Virus record (IMG/VR): IMGVR_UViG_3300032250_000391
Location: 1-64,000 of that record
Direction: 5' to 3' (one strand)
DNA from: a virus
Taxonomy: Duplodnaviria; Caudoviricetes
DNA length: 64,000 bases
Below, one piece after another: positions 1-10,311 of the stretch. Both the position numbers and the translations under genes were made by a program. Position 1 is the first letter of the stretch. The number at the start of each line of letters is the position of its first letter. Under the pieces are notes generated by a model. The model worked only from the letters and a program-made list of their open reading frames with translations. It was not told the origin of the DNA and did no database searches.

Positions 1-2268
1 GGCAAAGCTTTGTGTTAAGCCTGTCACGGTGTCTTCACCACCCACTAGGCCAGTGGTTGTAACCGTGGCTGATGAAGTGGTATTTCCGTCATAGATCTTG
101 CTATCGGTGACCGCATTCAAATAGAGTGTGGCCGCGTTCACCGTTAAATTGCCTGCATTCGATTTATTTAAGGTATATCCATTTACTGAAGTAATTGGCG
201 TAACATCAATCGCATAACTATTTACATTTACCGTTGTTGCTGATCCAACTGAAGTTGCTGATCCTATGAGTGAGTTTGCAATAGTGTCTTGCGTAAATAC
301 CCCACCAGATGCGGCAGCATCAACAAAAGTAGTTGCTATAAAGGCATTTGCAACTGAAGCAGTAGCATCTTGACCATAGGTTTTGCTTTGATTGGTTGAA
401 GTCACATTTAAAGTGGGGCTATCAGAAAATACATAGCGATTGCCTGATTCAGGCGTTCGTGTTCCTAATGCCCGACCATAAATAGCCTGATTTCCGCTAG
501 CCAAGCCGCCATAGGTATTGCCCGTAACTTCAGATGTATGCACTACCCAGCGGCCATTTGCAGATTTTAAGGCATTTGCGCCGACATAATTAATAAAAGC
601 ATCGCTAGTTAACAAAATGTCGCCCGTTGCAGTGATACCACCGCCTGCTTGCAAAGTAATATTGTTATTAGCTTTTAATTCCAAACTACTATTGGCTGAG
701 CCAGTTGCGGTTTTCACATCAAATGCATTTTTAATCGTAATATCATTATTAGCTTTTAAGGTGATGGTATTGCCTGCGGTAATTCCTGCAAAACTGCCAC
801 CTGCCGCCACATTAAATATGCTATCTAAGCTAAGGTCATCCGCAAATGCTTCTGTAATGTCAATGTTAGGAGTAAAACCATTTGTATTTGTATCATCATT
901 CTCTTTTTCGATAAATTCCGGGTTAGCTTGAATAAGAGTAATATTTTCAGAATTAAGTAATATATTACCCCCCACGCCATTGGCTGCGCTTAAATCCACG
1001 CCACCTAAAAAATTCAGCAAGCGCTTGCCTGAAACTTCTACAAAGCCACCGTTGCCCTCTACTGCGCCACCTTTGGCAGAGGTGCTACCGTAGTAACGCG
1101 TAATATCATCGGCCCAAACAATCACTTTACCGCCATCACCACTAACAGTAGCATCCGCAACCAATTTGGCATCGCTACTCACAAATGTTTTAATTGCATT
1201 TTGAATACTGGTATTTTTACCTTGAGAATCGCCACCCACTAAAATGGTGCCGCCGCCTGTTTTGCCCGAAACATTCACTGTGCCCGCGCTGAAGATACCC
1301 ACATTTTCGCCCAACAGGTGTACCGTGCCGCCTTTTTGGCTAGTTGAAGTTGCCGAAATTTCGCCACTATTGATTACTGTTTCAGCACCAGTTAAGCGAA
1401 TCGTGCCACCATCGCTTACCATACTATTGGCTTCAATTTTGCCACTATTATTAATCACCGATGTAATTAATCCATCGGCTGCTTTTGTGCTCATCAGCAC
1501 TTGGCCATTACCCACTTTAATCAAATGTTTATTCTCAACTAAGGTATTCACGCTAGCGCTATCCACTTGCACACTAATTAAACCGCTACCATTAAAATCC
1601 AGCGTCATGGCATTGCCAGCATGCATTGCAACTGTACCCTGCATGGCAGAAATCACACCTTCGTTTCGCACTTCTGGCGCCAGCATTGCCACATAACCAC
1701 CTTGGCTTACTTTAATACTGCCCATGTTAACAACGCTACCATTAGTGCCAGTAAACTGGTATTTTCCGCTCATAAAATCATCATCAGCAATATTCAAAGT
1801 AGAAGCTAGTAGCCCACCCACATTCACTCGCGCACCTTGGCCAAATAGTACGCCGTTAGGGTTAATCAGCCATACTTGACCATTAGAATTGAGCTTACCA
1901 AAAATCGCACTAGGGTCGCCTGTCACCACACGGTTGACTGAAATTGCACTGGTGCTATTTTGAATATAATTGACTTCAGCATTGATACCAATATTATAGT
2001 TTTGCCAATTAATAATCGATTTTTCTGTGTTTTGTACGATATTCAATTTATTGCCTTTTTGCGTAATTGCCGATTGCCCTGCAATCACCTGCCCACCAGA
2101 GGGCAGCGCATTGGCTGCAGGCTCAGCCCAAGTGTCTGATTGATTCACCAAACTAAGCAAAGGAAGCAAAACGATAGCGACCGATTTGCTGTGCGATTTA
2201 GCAATTTCAGACACCACTTGCCATACCTGAGTTGATCTATTAAACACTAAGCGATAACAATGATTCAT
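1..2268 (-). CDS. Host filamentous hemagglutinin-like TpsA exoprotein, 5' part (runs off left edge)
   Basis: Manual translation from ATG 2268 gives MNHCYRLVFNRSTQVWQVVSEIAKSHSK (ESPR-type extended signal peptide), then NPNGVLFGQGARVNVGGLLASTLNI (haemagglutination activity domain) and a KIYDG repeat motif near base 100. Absent from the ORF track because no stop lies in the window. Confidence 0.9.
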   Translation of the reverse strand, partial: MNHCYRLVFNRSTQVWQVVSEIAKSHSKSVAIVLLPLLSLVNQSDTWAEPAANALPSGGQVIAGQSAITQKGNKLNIVQNTEKSIINWQNYNIGINAEVNYIQNSTSAISVNRVVTGDPSAIFGKLNSNGQVWLINPNGVLFGQGARVNVGGLLASTLNIADDDFMSGKYQFTGTNGSVVNMGSIKVSQGGYVAMLAPEVRNEGVISAMQGTVAMHAGNAMTLDFNGSGLISVQVDSASVNTLVENKHLIKVGNGQVLMSTKAADGLITSVINNSGKIEANSMVSDGGTIRLTGAETVINSGEISATSTSQKGGTVHLLGENVGIFSAGTVNVSGKTGGGTILVGGDSQGKNTSIQNAIKTFVSSDAKLVADATVSGDGGKVIVWADDITRYYGSTSAKGGAVEGNGGFVEVSGKRLLNFLGGVDLSAANGVGGNILLNSENITLIQANPEFIEKENDDTNTNGFTPNIDITEAFADDLSLDSIFNVAAGGSFAGITAGNTITLKANNDITIKNAFDVKTATGSANSSLELKANNNITLQAGGGITATGDILLTSDAFINYVGANALKSANGRWVVHTSEVTGNTYGGLASGNQAIYGRALGTRTPESGNRYVFSDSPTLNVTSTNQSKTYGQDATASVANAFIATTFVDAAASGGVFTQDTIANSLIGSATSVGSATTVNVNSYAIDVTPITSVNGYTLNKSNAGNLTVNAATLYLNAVTDSKIYDGNTTSSATVTTTGLVGGEDTVTGLTQSFA

Positions 2269-2352
2269 GGTAAAAACTCCAATCAGTCAATCTTTAAAAT
2301 TAATTATGGTTTAAGGTGCACCACCAAAAAATTGGTGCTTAAAATATTTGAA

Positions 2353-2416
2353 TGCAAATAGCATGCCATTCATTATTTTTTAGCTGCTTGAAATATTAAA
2401 AGCAAATAGCATGCCA
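2353..2416 (-). promoter_or_regulatory. Two tandem sigma54 (-24/-12) promoter motifs upstream of tpsA
   Basis: TGGCATGCTATTTGCA (2353-2368) and TGGCATGCTATTTGCT (2401-2416) on the minus strand match TGGCACG-N4-TTGCW and sit within a ~48-bp direct duplication. Confidence 0.65.
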
Positions 2417-2697
2417 TTAATTATTTTTAAGCGTAAAAAAACACGCCACCTTGATAATCAATATTAATAATTTGACAGAACCGGTAAAAATTGCCCAAAA
2501 AATTAAGCACATAGAATCATCCATTTGAGCTGATAGAACATAAAATAAACCTGTCCGCCAGCATTGGCATATGCGTTAAACCAGAACACAGCGCAAAAGC
2601 CGATGTGTTAGTGATTAGAGCCGATAGTTGATATGGCTGGATTTTCACTTTAAGAAAAGTGAAAGATTAATAGCTTGGAGGGGTATAAAAGAGGTAT

Positions 2698-2712
2698 TGG
2701 AGGCGCGAGCCG
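2698..2712 (-). mobile_element. Prophage att core: duplicated 3' end of tRNA-Cys
   Basis: Minus strand reads CGGCTCGCGCCTCCA, matching the T-stem/acceptor/CCA end of proteobacterial tRNA-Cys. The rest of the tRNA is absent. It lies exactly at the host/phage gene-content boundary. Confidence 0.75.
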
Positions 2713-2818
2713 CCCTCACAACTTCTTTATTTACAGGAACTTACAATACTCATACCTTGTTTTATGCCTGATAGTGCCATAAAAAAGGACTTTTTTGATG
2801 TTTTTGGAAATTTGAAAC

Positions 2819-3448
2819 TTAGTTCAATTTTAAATTTAAGGCTTGCTGAAGAGTCAATTCAAAAGCCTTCATTTCGGCGTCGTAATCATACATCACATAA
2901 TTTGACCACTCATCCTCTAAGATATGTTTTGACTCTTCGATGAATCCTAAAATTGGCATAGCGTTAGCTTTGTTTCCATATTCCCAAAAAACAAAGTCAG
3001 ACCTAATATGTCTTGGCAAGCTTCTTAATATAGTTGAGGCTGTGTCAGTCAGTTTTTTAAGTCTTGCTTCGTGCCATTTAAGTTTAACTATCTCTTGCGG
3101 AGTCAAACCAGTATCAAGCATAAACATAAAAGCCTTACGACGTACCAGCGATAGCTTAAGCAACCTATCTTTAATCTTGCCAAAGTCTGCCTTGGCTGTT
3201 TCAGAGAATATTTTAATTAGCTCCACAGACTTTATATTATCCTGAATGATAGCTTTAAATATTTCATTGACGGCTAACTCAACGGCTCTGGATGCCTGAG
3301 CCTCATAGCCGCGTTCCTTCATGCGGCGAATAAAGCAAGTAAACTCTATTGCCTTAATTGTCTCTACGTCTCGCTCCCAAAGGCGCGAGATAGCCAAAGG
3401 AGAGTCACTTAATAATGCTTTGATATTGCCTACTTCTTTTAACAGCAT
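2819..3448 (-). CDS. Degenerate tyrosine-recombinase-like protein
   Basis: MLDTGLTPQEIVKLKW resembles integrase box I (TGxRxxE) but lacks the Arg; no HxxR or catalytic Tyr box is seen. Confidence 0.5.
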   Translation of the reverse strand: MLLKEVGNIKALLSDSPLAISRLWERDVETIKAIEFTCFIRRMKERGYEAQASRAVELAVNEIFKAIIQDNIKSVELIKIFSETAKADFGKIKDRLLKLSLVRRKAFMFMLDTGLTPQEIVKLKWHEARLKKLTDTASTILRSLPRHIRSDFVFWEYGNKANAMPILGFIEESKHILEDEWSNYVMYDYDAEMKAFELTLQQALNLKLN

Positions 3449-3520
3449 GTTAGCCCTTTCTAGTATTAGAATAGGCTAACATCTAGGTTGCTAACTAAGC
3501 AATTAGTGACTTTACTTTGA

Positions 3521-3772
3521 TTATTCTTCCTCTAAAATTTCATTGCTTCTTCTTAGTTCGTCTTCGATGTTTTGGCTTTCTTCACGCTCTTGACGACGGT
3601 ATCGTTCCAAGTCCTCTCGTCTGGTATTGTATTGCTTTTGCTCACGATTAAAATCACCACAATCGCTACCCTTACATGTATAGCGTCCATCGCCTACGTA
3701 AGTTATTTCTTTAGCCTGAACTTGAAGCGTGGCTAAAATACTCAACAACAATATTGCTTTCTTCATAATCAT
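3521..3772 (-). CDS. Small secreted protein
   Basis: Signal peptide MKKAILLLSILATLQVQA followed by a charged C-terminus. Confidence 0.6.
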   Translation of the reverse strand: MIMKKAILLLSILATLQVQAKEITYVGDGRYTCKGSDCGDFNREQKQYNTRREDLERYRRQEREESQNIEDELRRSNEILEEE

Positions 3773-5067
3773 TTCTCCTTGTCATCTCTAAACCTAATAA
3801 AGCGCGGATGACGAAGTGAACCGTCAGGCGTCTTTTCGTGAAACTCAACCTCAACTAAGCGTCCAATCAACTCGTCTTTAGCTTCCCAAAATGACGCACG
3901 TTGCTCGTCTGATAAACCCGAACCAACATTTACTTTTACGCCATCTACATTTACTACAAAAGCGCCAAGCTGATTAACGTACTTACCTGTCCCTTCTTCG
4001 ATTGCAATAATTGGAACGTCTACACTCTCTTCGTTTTTAATCTTCATCCAACCATGATTGCGTCTGCGATGATATAAACCGTCTAAGTCCTTGACGATTA
4101 GACCTTCCAGTCCACGCGCTCTTACTCTGTCATAGATAGTTAAAATCTCAGTTGGTGAGTTTACAATGTATTTAGGTGTTATTTTTATTGCCTCGCTTGT
4201 TGCTTTGCTGACCACAAATTCTAATAAGTTACGTCGGTAAGAATATTTTCCAGCCAATAGGCAGCCAGCTTTATCTTCCTTTTGAAATGTTCGAATTGGT
4301 AGTATATCGAATACGTGAAACTCCGCATCGGTAGCCTGACTGTCTTTTCGTCTGACTTCGGATACCGTCTTGTTAAAGCTTCCTGACACTATTTCACCAT
4401 CAAATACCATGTGTAACATAGTGTCATACTCTGCCTCGTCATCTACTTTGTCTGCCCTTGCCGCACTCAGCATATCAATAATTGGCTGCTTTAAATGGTC
4501 AAACGTAGAAAACTCCTTGCCACTTCTTGAGTAGAAGAATACGGTCTCGTTTGTTAGGTTAACAAAAGCGAGAACTCTTACGCCATCAAGTTTAGCCTCG
4601 ACAACTTGAGGCCAACTCTTGACGCGACTGTCTTCGTATTTGTGAGCCAACATACAGTCAAAGGTAGGTACTAATCCTGGAATTGCTTTGTTGATTGTCG
4701 ACTCTGAAAAGCCACCACGAAGGTCTTTGGTCAAAATACGCTTTAAGAGCTGAGAGGAGTTCTCGTCCAATCGGTTAATTTCCTTTTCAACCGCCTCTCT
4801 AGCCGCGTTACCTGTTAGTTCTTTTTCCGCAAGCTTATCTAAAATTGTCCATGTATGACCGCCTTCGGTAAAGGTTCCCGCTCCATAGGTTGAGCGTTCT
4901 GGCACTTTAGCAATGCCAAAGCGAGTAAATGGGTCATAGGCATATTTAAGTGTCTTTTCGAATTCTTTGTCGCCACTCATGTTAGCAATCAAAGCTTCTT
5001 TATCGTTCTTGCCTGAGACTGCTCCAATCTGCTCAATCTTTTCAAAAATTAAATCTGAACTGGTCAT
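3769..5067 (-). CDS. ATP-dependent DNA ligase
   Basis: Motifs EAKLDGVR, FDGEI, EGLIVK, WMKIK and SLRHPRF. Confidence 0.97.
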   Translation of the reverse strand: MTSSDLIFEKIEQIGAVSGKNDKEALIANMSGDKEFEKTLKYAYDPFTRFGIAKVPERSTYGAGTFTEGGHTWTILDKLAEKELTGNAAREAVEKEINRLDENSSQLLKRILTKDLRGGFSESTINKAIPGLVPTFDCMLAHKYEDSRVKSWPQVVEAKLDGVRVLAFVNLTNETVFFYSRSGKEFSTFDHLKQPIIDMLSAARADKVDDEAEYDTMLHMVFDGEIVSGSFNKTVSEVRRKDSQATDAEFHVFDILPIRTFQKEDKAGCLLAGKYSYRRNLLEFVVSKATSEAIKITPKYIVNSPTEILTIYDRVRARGLEGLIVKDLDGLYHRRRNHGWMKIKNEESVDVPIIAIEEGTGKYVNQLGAFVVNVDGVKVNVGSGLSDEQRASFWEAKDELIGRLVEVEFHEKTPDGSLRHPRFIRFRDDKEK

Positions 5068-5621
5068 TACGATGCCTTTCTTGCATTCATCATTCGTTTA
5101 GCAAAATCAATCATTGACTCGCCCTGTTCTGGCTTAAGAGCAGTAGCAGTCGGCTTACTAACTGGCTTGGGTGATTCTTTAGCCGCAGTGCTGATGACTG
5201 CCGCATAGTCCATGCTTGCAAACGTCTCTTCTTTTTTCGGCACTGGAGTCGAAGGTCTCTCCATTGGAACAACGTTGTTGACTGTAGATTTAGAGCGCTT
5301 GCTTGCAACCACTGCCGCACGTTGCACGATGTTGCTATCGCGAATATTGGACGCGTCTTGTAGTGCTTTGCGTGATATAAAATGTATTGAGCGACCCTCT
5401 TCAAGCTCTTGCTTTCGCATCTTAATTGCAGGGCATGTTTTCTTACTGATAGATACAGAGCACTCTTCGTACATGGCGCTAAGTCTGCCTTGTTTGCGTT
5501 TGTCAATAAGATGATTGCAAACGGCGTAATTCTTAAAATGCCCTACTTGCGGACAGTAATGACAAAAAGCGTTTTCTTTTGCATCAATAGATAGCTCTAC
5601 TGGCAAATTGTGTTCATTCAT
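5067..5621 (-). CDS. Hypothetical Cys-rich phage protein
   Basis: 184-aa ORF with RBS, coupled to the ligase gene. Confidence 0.7.
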   Translation of the reverse strand: MNEHNLPVELSIDAKENAFCHYCPQVGHFKNYAVCNHLIDKRKQGRLSAMYEECSVSISKKTCPAIKMRKQELEEGRSIHFISRKALQDASNIRDSNIVQRAAVVASKRSKSTVNNVVPMERPSTPVPKKEETFASMDYAAVISTAAKESPKPVSKPTATALKPEQGESMIDFAKRMMNARKAS

Positions 5622-5708
5622 AAATTATCTCCTTAGTTGCTACGTGTTTGTCTCAGTTGTTATATTAACGAGACAACTCAGGCAAGTAAATCACGAGTGA
5701 CTTATTGC

Positions 5709-5918
5709 CTAATTTTCAAAAAAACCGACACTATCTAAATCCTCCGCCACCCAAGAGGCTGGCACATGACTGTCATAAACCCCGATAACGTTCGTCATTT
5801 TCACAAGTTCATTTTGACTTTTAATTCGAGTACATGAAAGCTTGCCTTTTATAAGCCTTACAACAGTTTTGCCGCCTTCGTTTCTTTTTATATTGTCAAT
5901 TACCCTTGCATAGCTCAT
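5709..5918 (-). CDS. Hypothetical protein
   Basis: 69-aa ORF directly after the primase gene. Confidence 0.6.
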   Translation of the reverse strand: MSYARVIDNIKRNEGGKTVVRLIKGKLSCTRIKSQNELVKMTNVIGVYDSHVPASWVAEDLDSVGFFEN

Positions 5919-5919
5919 G

Positions 5920-6993
5920 TTATTCCTTTCTACGTGCTAGTTTAAGTCTAGTAGCAATAGTAGCGTTATAAGGTAGGGCTTTATAGTAAGCCTCAACAAC
6001 TGCCTTTGCTGGAATTTCATTTGGGTCTTTGTTTTTTGGCAAATAAGCTATCCTTACATTGAACCCATAATCTTTCAGCGTTTTCGCGGTAACTAAAGCA
6101 TCGTCTGTGGCAGCAATTTCTCCGTCCCACATGATGACAATATTCTTTAATCCCTCTTCTTGAAGCCTTAAGAATTGCTTTACTTGCGTCTCGCCCTCTC
6201 CATGAGAAAGATGCTTGCCAAAACTACCCAATGCGCCAACTGTGCGAAGTTCTGTGTCGGTATCTAAAGCCATCTTAATTGCAATAACATCAAAAGCGCC
6301 CTCACCCATGACCACCGTATCTAGACCTACGCAGTTTTGACCGTTATACAGATACTTACCCGTAGAGGCGTATCCTGGCGGAAACAGATATTTCTTTTCG
6401 GCTTTGTCAGTAATGTCTCGACCCTGAAAACCAACTAGCTCGCCTTCTAAATTAAATATTGGAATAACGATGCGGTTCGAATAATCTTGAGCGCACTTCT
6501 GACCCTGCATTTCGTACCAATATTTGCCTTCTAAACTTAATCGCAAATGAAAAAATTTGGCAATGTCGCTTGTAATTCCCCGATTTTCCAAATACTTTAG
6601 GTTCTTGTTACGAATTGGAATAGCGTAAGAGGCTGGTAGTTTTAGCTCTGAAACATCTAGCTTAACTTCCTTAGAAATGCGTTTTGGCGGTCTCCAGCCC
6701 ATCTCACTGGCAACTTGCTTAATGTGTTCATAAGTTTGATGCTTGCTTAAACCTAAGTAGCCGTCAATAAAAGACCACTTATTAAATTTAAACTCACATG
6801 ACCCTGAAAAGCAGTTACCTAAACCTGTATCTGCATTTAAAAAAACTTTCCACTTGTCACCGCCGCACTTAGGGCACTCTTTAACATTTAGTTGCAAGCC
6901 TCTACTGCCGTTGGTCACACGATATTGAATGCCTTCTCTGTCTAGATAGCTCTCCATGTCAACGCGCTCTAGAAGCTCTTTTAACTCTTCCAT
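5920..6993 (-). CDS. DNA primase (Zn finger + TOPRIM)
   Basis: CPKC...C..C zinc finger, FQGR, EGAFD, WDGE and KDPNE motifs. Confidence 0.93.
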   Translation of the reverse strand: MEELKELLERVDMESYLDREGIQYRVTNGSRGLQLNVKECPKCGGDKWKVFLNADTGLGNCFSGSCEFKFNKWSFIDGYLGLSKHQTYEHIKQVASEMGWRPPKRISKEVKLDVSELKLPASYAIPIRNKNLKYLENRGITSDIAKFFHLRLSLEGKYWYEMQGQKCAQDYSNRIVIPIFNLEGELVGFQGRDITDKAEKKYLFPPGYASTGKYLYNGQNCVGLDTVVMGEGAFDVIAIKMALDTDTELRTVGALGSFGKHLSHGEGETQVKQFLRLQEEGLKNIVIMWDGEIAATDDALVTAKTLKDYGFNVRIAYLPKNKDPNEIPAKAVVEAYYKALPYNATIATRLKLARRKE

Positions 6994-8345
6994 TATTCTG
7001 CTCCTATAATCTCCGAGATAAATCGCATACGCTCCATGTCTTGCTTGATGCGTATTGTGAATTGCCCTGCTTGATTGCGTGAGGCTGCAAAATAAAGTCG
7101 TGCCTGCCCTACAGCTCGCTCTTCATCTGTTCTGTTGATTGAGATGACAATATCGGCAATACGTATCTTGTTAAAGTCTTCCGATACGTGCTCTGCTTTG
7201 GCTACCGATGATTTAAAGCCTTCACGATTGGTTTGAGTTGCCGTCAGTAATGCCACATTTTCCTGCATAGCAAGCCCACGTAAACCTACATACACGTTCT
7301 TTGAGTTCTCAATGGAGTTATCCGTATAGCGTTCTGGCGCCATTAAGTCAGCATAGTCAACAATCACCATGTCATAAACAACGCCTTTTGATTTTTGACG
7401 TTCCAGTAAGCGACGTAATTCGGCTACAGTTAAAGAGCCTGTTGGAAACTCCATAATATGAAAGGTGCCCGCTTTAAGCTTCATGGCTTCAACCTTGCGA
7501 TTAATTTCCATAATTTTTTCGCCAAGCTCGTCCATAGATACGTCTGCAATATTGGCATCAATACGTTCGGAAATAATTCTTGCGGCTACCTCCAGAGTGA
7601 CGTAAATCACATTCTTGCCAGCCATTGATGCGGCTCTGCCAAACTCAAGCAAAGCCGTAGACTTACCCGCTTTAGCCCCGCCCATTATTACTGATAGTTC
7701 GCGCTTACCCCAACCCTTGTGATAAAGAAACCTGTCTAAAGCTGGAAAGCCAGTTGAAATGCCAGTGGGCGGTGACTTCCCTGCGGCTTTATCTTTTCGG
7801 TCTAGTGTTCTGCTATTAATCTCTTCATAATAGTCATACAGTTCAGCATCAACATTTGCACCTACATTAAGTGCGTCTTTAACTACTTTTTCAATCTTAA
7901 GAAAGTCGCGTTTATCTAGGTGACCTACCGATTGTTCGATTGCGCCAATAACAGCTTGATGCCGTGCGAACTGTGCCACTTTTTCCACAACATAGTCGCG
8001 GTCTGAGATATCGCTTCTTAAAAGTTCTTCGACTTTAGCTTTGACCAAAGGCATCAATTCATCGCGAATAATCTTTGCTTTTCTGTCTTCAAGAATAAGA
8101 CTAATCATTGTCACTGGGTCTGGTGCTTTTTTGTATTTCTGATAATAGCGTTGCACGATATTAACAAGTGCGCCTTCTGCCGAGTTTTCAAAATACTCAG
8201 GGCGAACTAGCCCATCTGTTCGCTGTAAAAATGATGTGTCCCTAATGCTTAGTGAGGCAATTTTGCTTTGAAACTTGTCATCAAAGTCGTAAATAATGGC
8301 CTCTGCTACTGCCTCAGCAGTAACAATCTCCTCCGTTGCTACCAT
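6993..8345 (-). CDS. dnaB: DnaB-like replicative helicase
   Basis: Walker A GGAKAGKST, plus TLE, IVDYADL and TATQTNR. Confidence 0.93.
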   Translation of the reverse strand: MVATEEIVTAEAVAEAIIYDFDDKFQSKIASLSIRDTSFLQRTDGLVRPEYFENSAEGALVNIVQRYYQKYKKAPDPVTMISLILEDRKAKIIRDELMPLVKAKVEELLRSDISDRDYVVEKVAQFARHQAVIGAIEQSVGHLDKRDFLKIEKVVKDALNVGANVDAELYDYYEEINSRTLDRKDKAAGKSPPTGISTGFPALDRFLYHKGWGKRELSVIMGGAKAGKSTALLEFGRAASMAGKNVIYVTLEVAARIISERIDANIADVSMDELGEKIMEINRKVEAMKLKAGTFHIMEFPTGSLTVAELRRLLERQKSKGVVYDMVIVDYADLMAPERYTDNSIENSKNVYVGLRGLAMQENVALLTATQTNREGFKSSVAKAEHVSEDFNKIRIADIVISINRTDEERAVGQARLYFAASRNQAGQFTIRIKQDMERMRFISEIIGAE

Positions 8346-8354
8346 GTTAACTCC

Positions 8355-8711
8355 CTAGTTTAGTGCTGATAAATTCTCTAGTACCGCAAATCCTCTAATT
8401 GCGTGCTTGTATATAGTCCAGTCTGGAGTATCTATCTTGCCGCCTGCGTCGTCTTCTACAGAGATGGTGATTGTGAATTTATCCATACGAAGAATCTTTC
8501 CACGCCATTTATCGCTCTCTTGGAAAAATAATAGAATCGGTTTGTTTGTGTCCATCGCATCTTTTAAAATGTCTTCATGCGTTGGCTTTGCTGGTGGTTT
8601 AGGCTTGCTTTGAAAGTTAGTAGAGCGAGGCTTATACTCTTTCTTAGGGTGAATGGTACTGCGACGAGCCGCATCCCGATTTTGATTGCTACGCTCTTGT
8701 TCGTATGACAT
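8355..8711 (-). CDS. hfq: Hfq-like Sm-fold RNA chaperone with basic N-terminal extension
   Basis: RGKILRMDKFTI (Sm1) and IYKHAI (Hfq Sm2 signature). Confidence 0.75.
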   Translation of the reverse strand: MSYEQERSNQNRDAARRSTIHPKKEYKPRSTNFQSKPKPPAKPTHEDILKDAMDTNKPILLFFQESDKWRGKILRMDKFTITISVEDDAGGKIDTPDWTIYKHAIRGFAVLENLSALN

Positions 8712-8783
8712 TAATTTCTCCTGTTTGTAATCGCTAAATTTAAAAAGCGCGATACTATATTATAACTCACTAATGACTTATAT

Positions 8784-9470
8784 TTATAGGCAATTTAATC
8801 GAACTGCTTTTGTTGCCACAGCTTCGCTTAATCCGTCCGCTATTTCTAATGCTGTTAATATTCCAGTTTTGATTAGTTTGCTTGCGCTATACGCTGGACT
8901 GGCTCGAAACTTTAATTGTCTAATATACCAATCACTCAGCTCTTTAGTGCCATACTGAGATTGGTCTTTTACAATCTGCAAAATATCTTTACAGTAAATT
9001 TCCCAGGCGTCCGTAACTTCGTCAATCATGGCTGAAGAATAGATTTGATTTGGTCTTGGTAAATATCTCCATCCGCCTTTATAACAAACTTCTAAGGCGT
9101 GTTTAACGTAGAACTCGTAACTTACTCCTGCGCTATCGCAAGCCTGTCTAGCACGCCATACAGCATTGATGTCGGAAGAATTAAATACATCGTCCACTCT
9201 AAAAGGTTTAATTGTTTTTGAGGCTTCTAAATCTCGCGTTGTTGCGTATGCTCGTTTATATGCAACTACAAAACAATGTGCAAAGTAATAAGTCGCTTTA
9301 ACAGGATGAAGACCGCGATAATCAAACCACTTAGATTTAAAAAGACAAATTTCATCCTGTCTAATCTCTTTAGGCAAAGTGAACATTAAGCCATCGCATT
9401 CTGCTGTGTCTTTTTCTTTCCCTACAAATTCATCTAACCAGCAAGTGCCCATATTTCTCCAACAACCCAA
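8784..9470 (-). CDS. Conserved phage protein upstream of hfq-dnaB-primase (possible initiator/loader); true start may be ATG 9452
   Basis: 228-aa ORF at the head of the replication operon; function inferred from position only. Confidence 0.6.
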   Translation of the reverse strand: MGCWRNMGTCWLDEFVGKEKDTAECDGLMFTLPKEIRQDEICLFKSKWFDYRGLHPVKATYYFAHCFVVAYKRAYATTRDLEASKTIKPFRVDDVFNSSDINAVWRARQACDSAGVSYEFYVKHALEVCYKGGWRYLPRPNQIYSSAMIDEVTDAWEIYCKDILQIVKDQSQYGTKELSDWYIRQLKFRASPAYSASKLIKTGILTALEIADGLSEAVATKAVRLNCL

Positions 9471-9564
9471 TATTATTTGTTATATGTTTTAAGTATATAA
9501 GTAAAAAATGTTAAATATATAAGGGACTTCCCAAGTAAAACCACACAAGTAAATAATCGCGGTA

Positions 9565-10311
9565 TTAAATTGTTATTCCAAGTACATCTACCTCGTATGC
9601 TTGCACAATTTCTTGTACCAATCCCGACCGTACAATATCACTACGGCTAAACTCAACTACTTTGACGCTTGGAATATAAGATAATCTTCTGATTGCATCG
9701 TCTAATCCGCTTTGTCCAGTAATGTCTTTTTGGCTAATATCGCCATTCACAACTACACGACAGTTTTCACCAACTCTAGTAAGAAATAATTTCATTTGGT
9801 TAGGAGTTGTATTCTGCGCTTCGTCGAGAATGACGATACTATTCTTGAATGTTCGGCCCCGCATGTAAGCCATCGGTGCTGCCTCAATTCTGCCTGCTTT
9901 TACTAGGTAGTCTACAAAGGTTTTGCCTAATCGCTCGTCAAGCACGTCACGGAATGGACGCAAAAACGGTTCGAACTTTTCATCTAATTCGCCAGGCAAG
10001 AAGCCAAGACTTTCTCCTGCTTCTACTGCTGGACGAGTAATAATTAATTTTTCAATTGTTTGGTTTCTTAAAGCATCTGCTGCCACTGTACCGCAGATGA
10101 AAGTCTTTCCTGTTCCTGCTGGGCCAGTCGCAAAGACTAGTTGGTAACTTCTAAGTGCACTTAAATATCTTTTCTGTGAATCATTTTTAGCCACTAAAGG
10201 CTCTGTGTTTCCTCGGCAACTGAGCGGTACTCTGAGTTCTTCTACTACTACTTCTTGTTGTTGATGGTTTCTTTTATAGTCATTTTGCTTTGCTCTGTTA
10301 GACCTAGCCAT
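9565..10311 (-). CDS. phoH: PhoH family ATPase
   Basis: Motifs GPAGTGKT, RPAVEAGESLGFLPG, YMRGRT, DEAQN and GDISQ. Confidence 0.97.
   Translation of the reverse strand: MARSNRAKQNDYKRNHQQQEVVVEELRVPLSCRGNTEPLVAKNDSQKRYLSALRSYQLVFATGPAGTGKTFICGTVAADALRNQTIEKLIITRPAVEAGESLGFLPGELDEKFEPFLRPFRDVLDERLGKTFVDYLVKAGRIEAAPMAYMRGRTFKNSIVILDEAQNTTPNQMKLFLTRVGENCRVVVNGDISQKDITGQSGLDDAIRRLSYIPSVKVVEFSRSDIVRSGLVQEIVQAYEVDVLGITI

Noticed and set aside
2640-2760. Intact tRNA gene
   Set aside because: Only the last 15 nt of tRNA-Cys are present.
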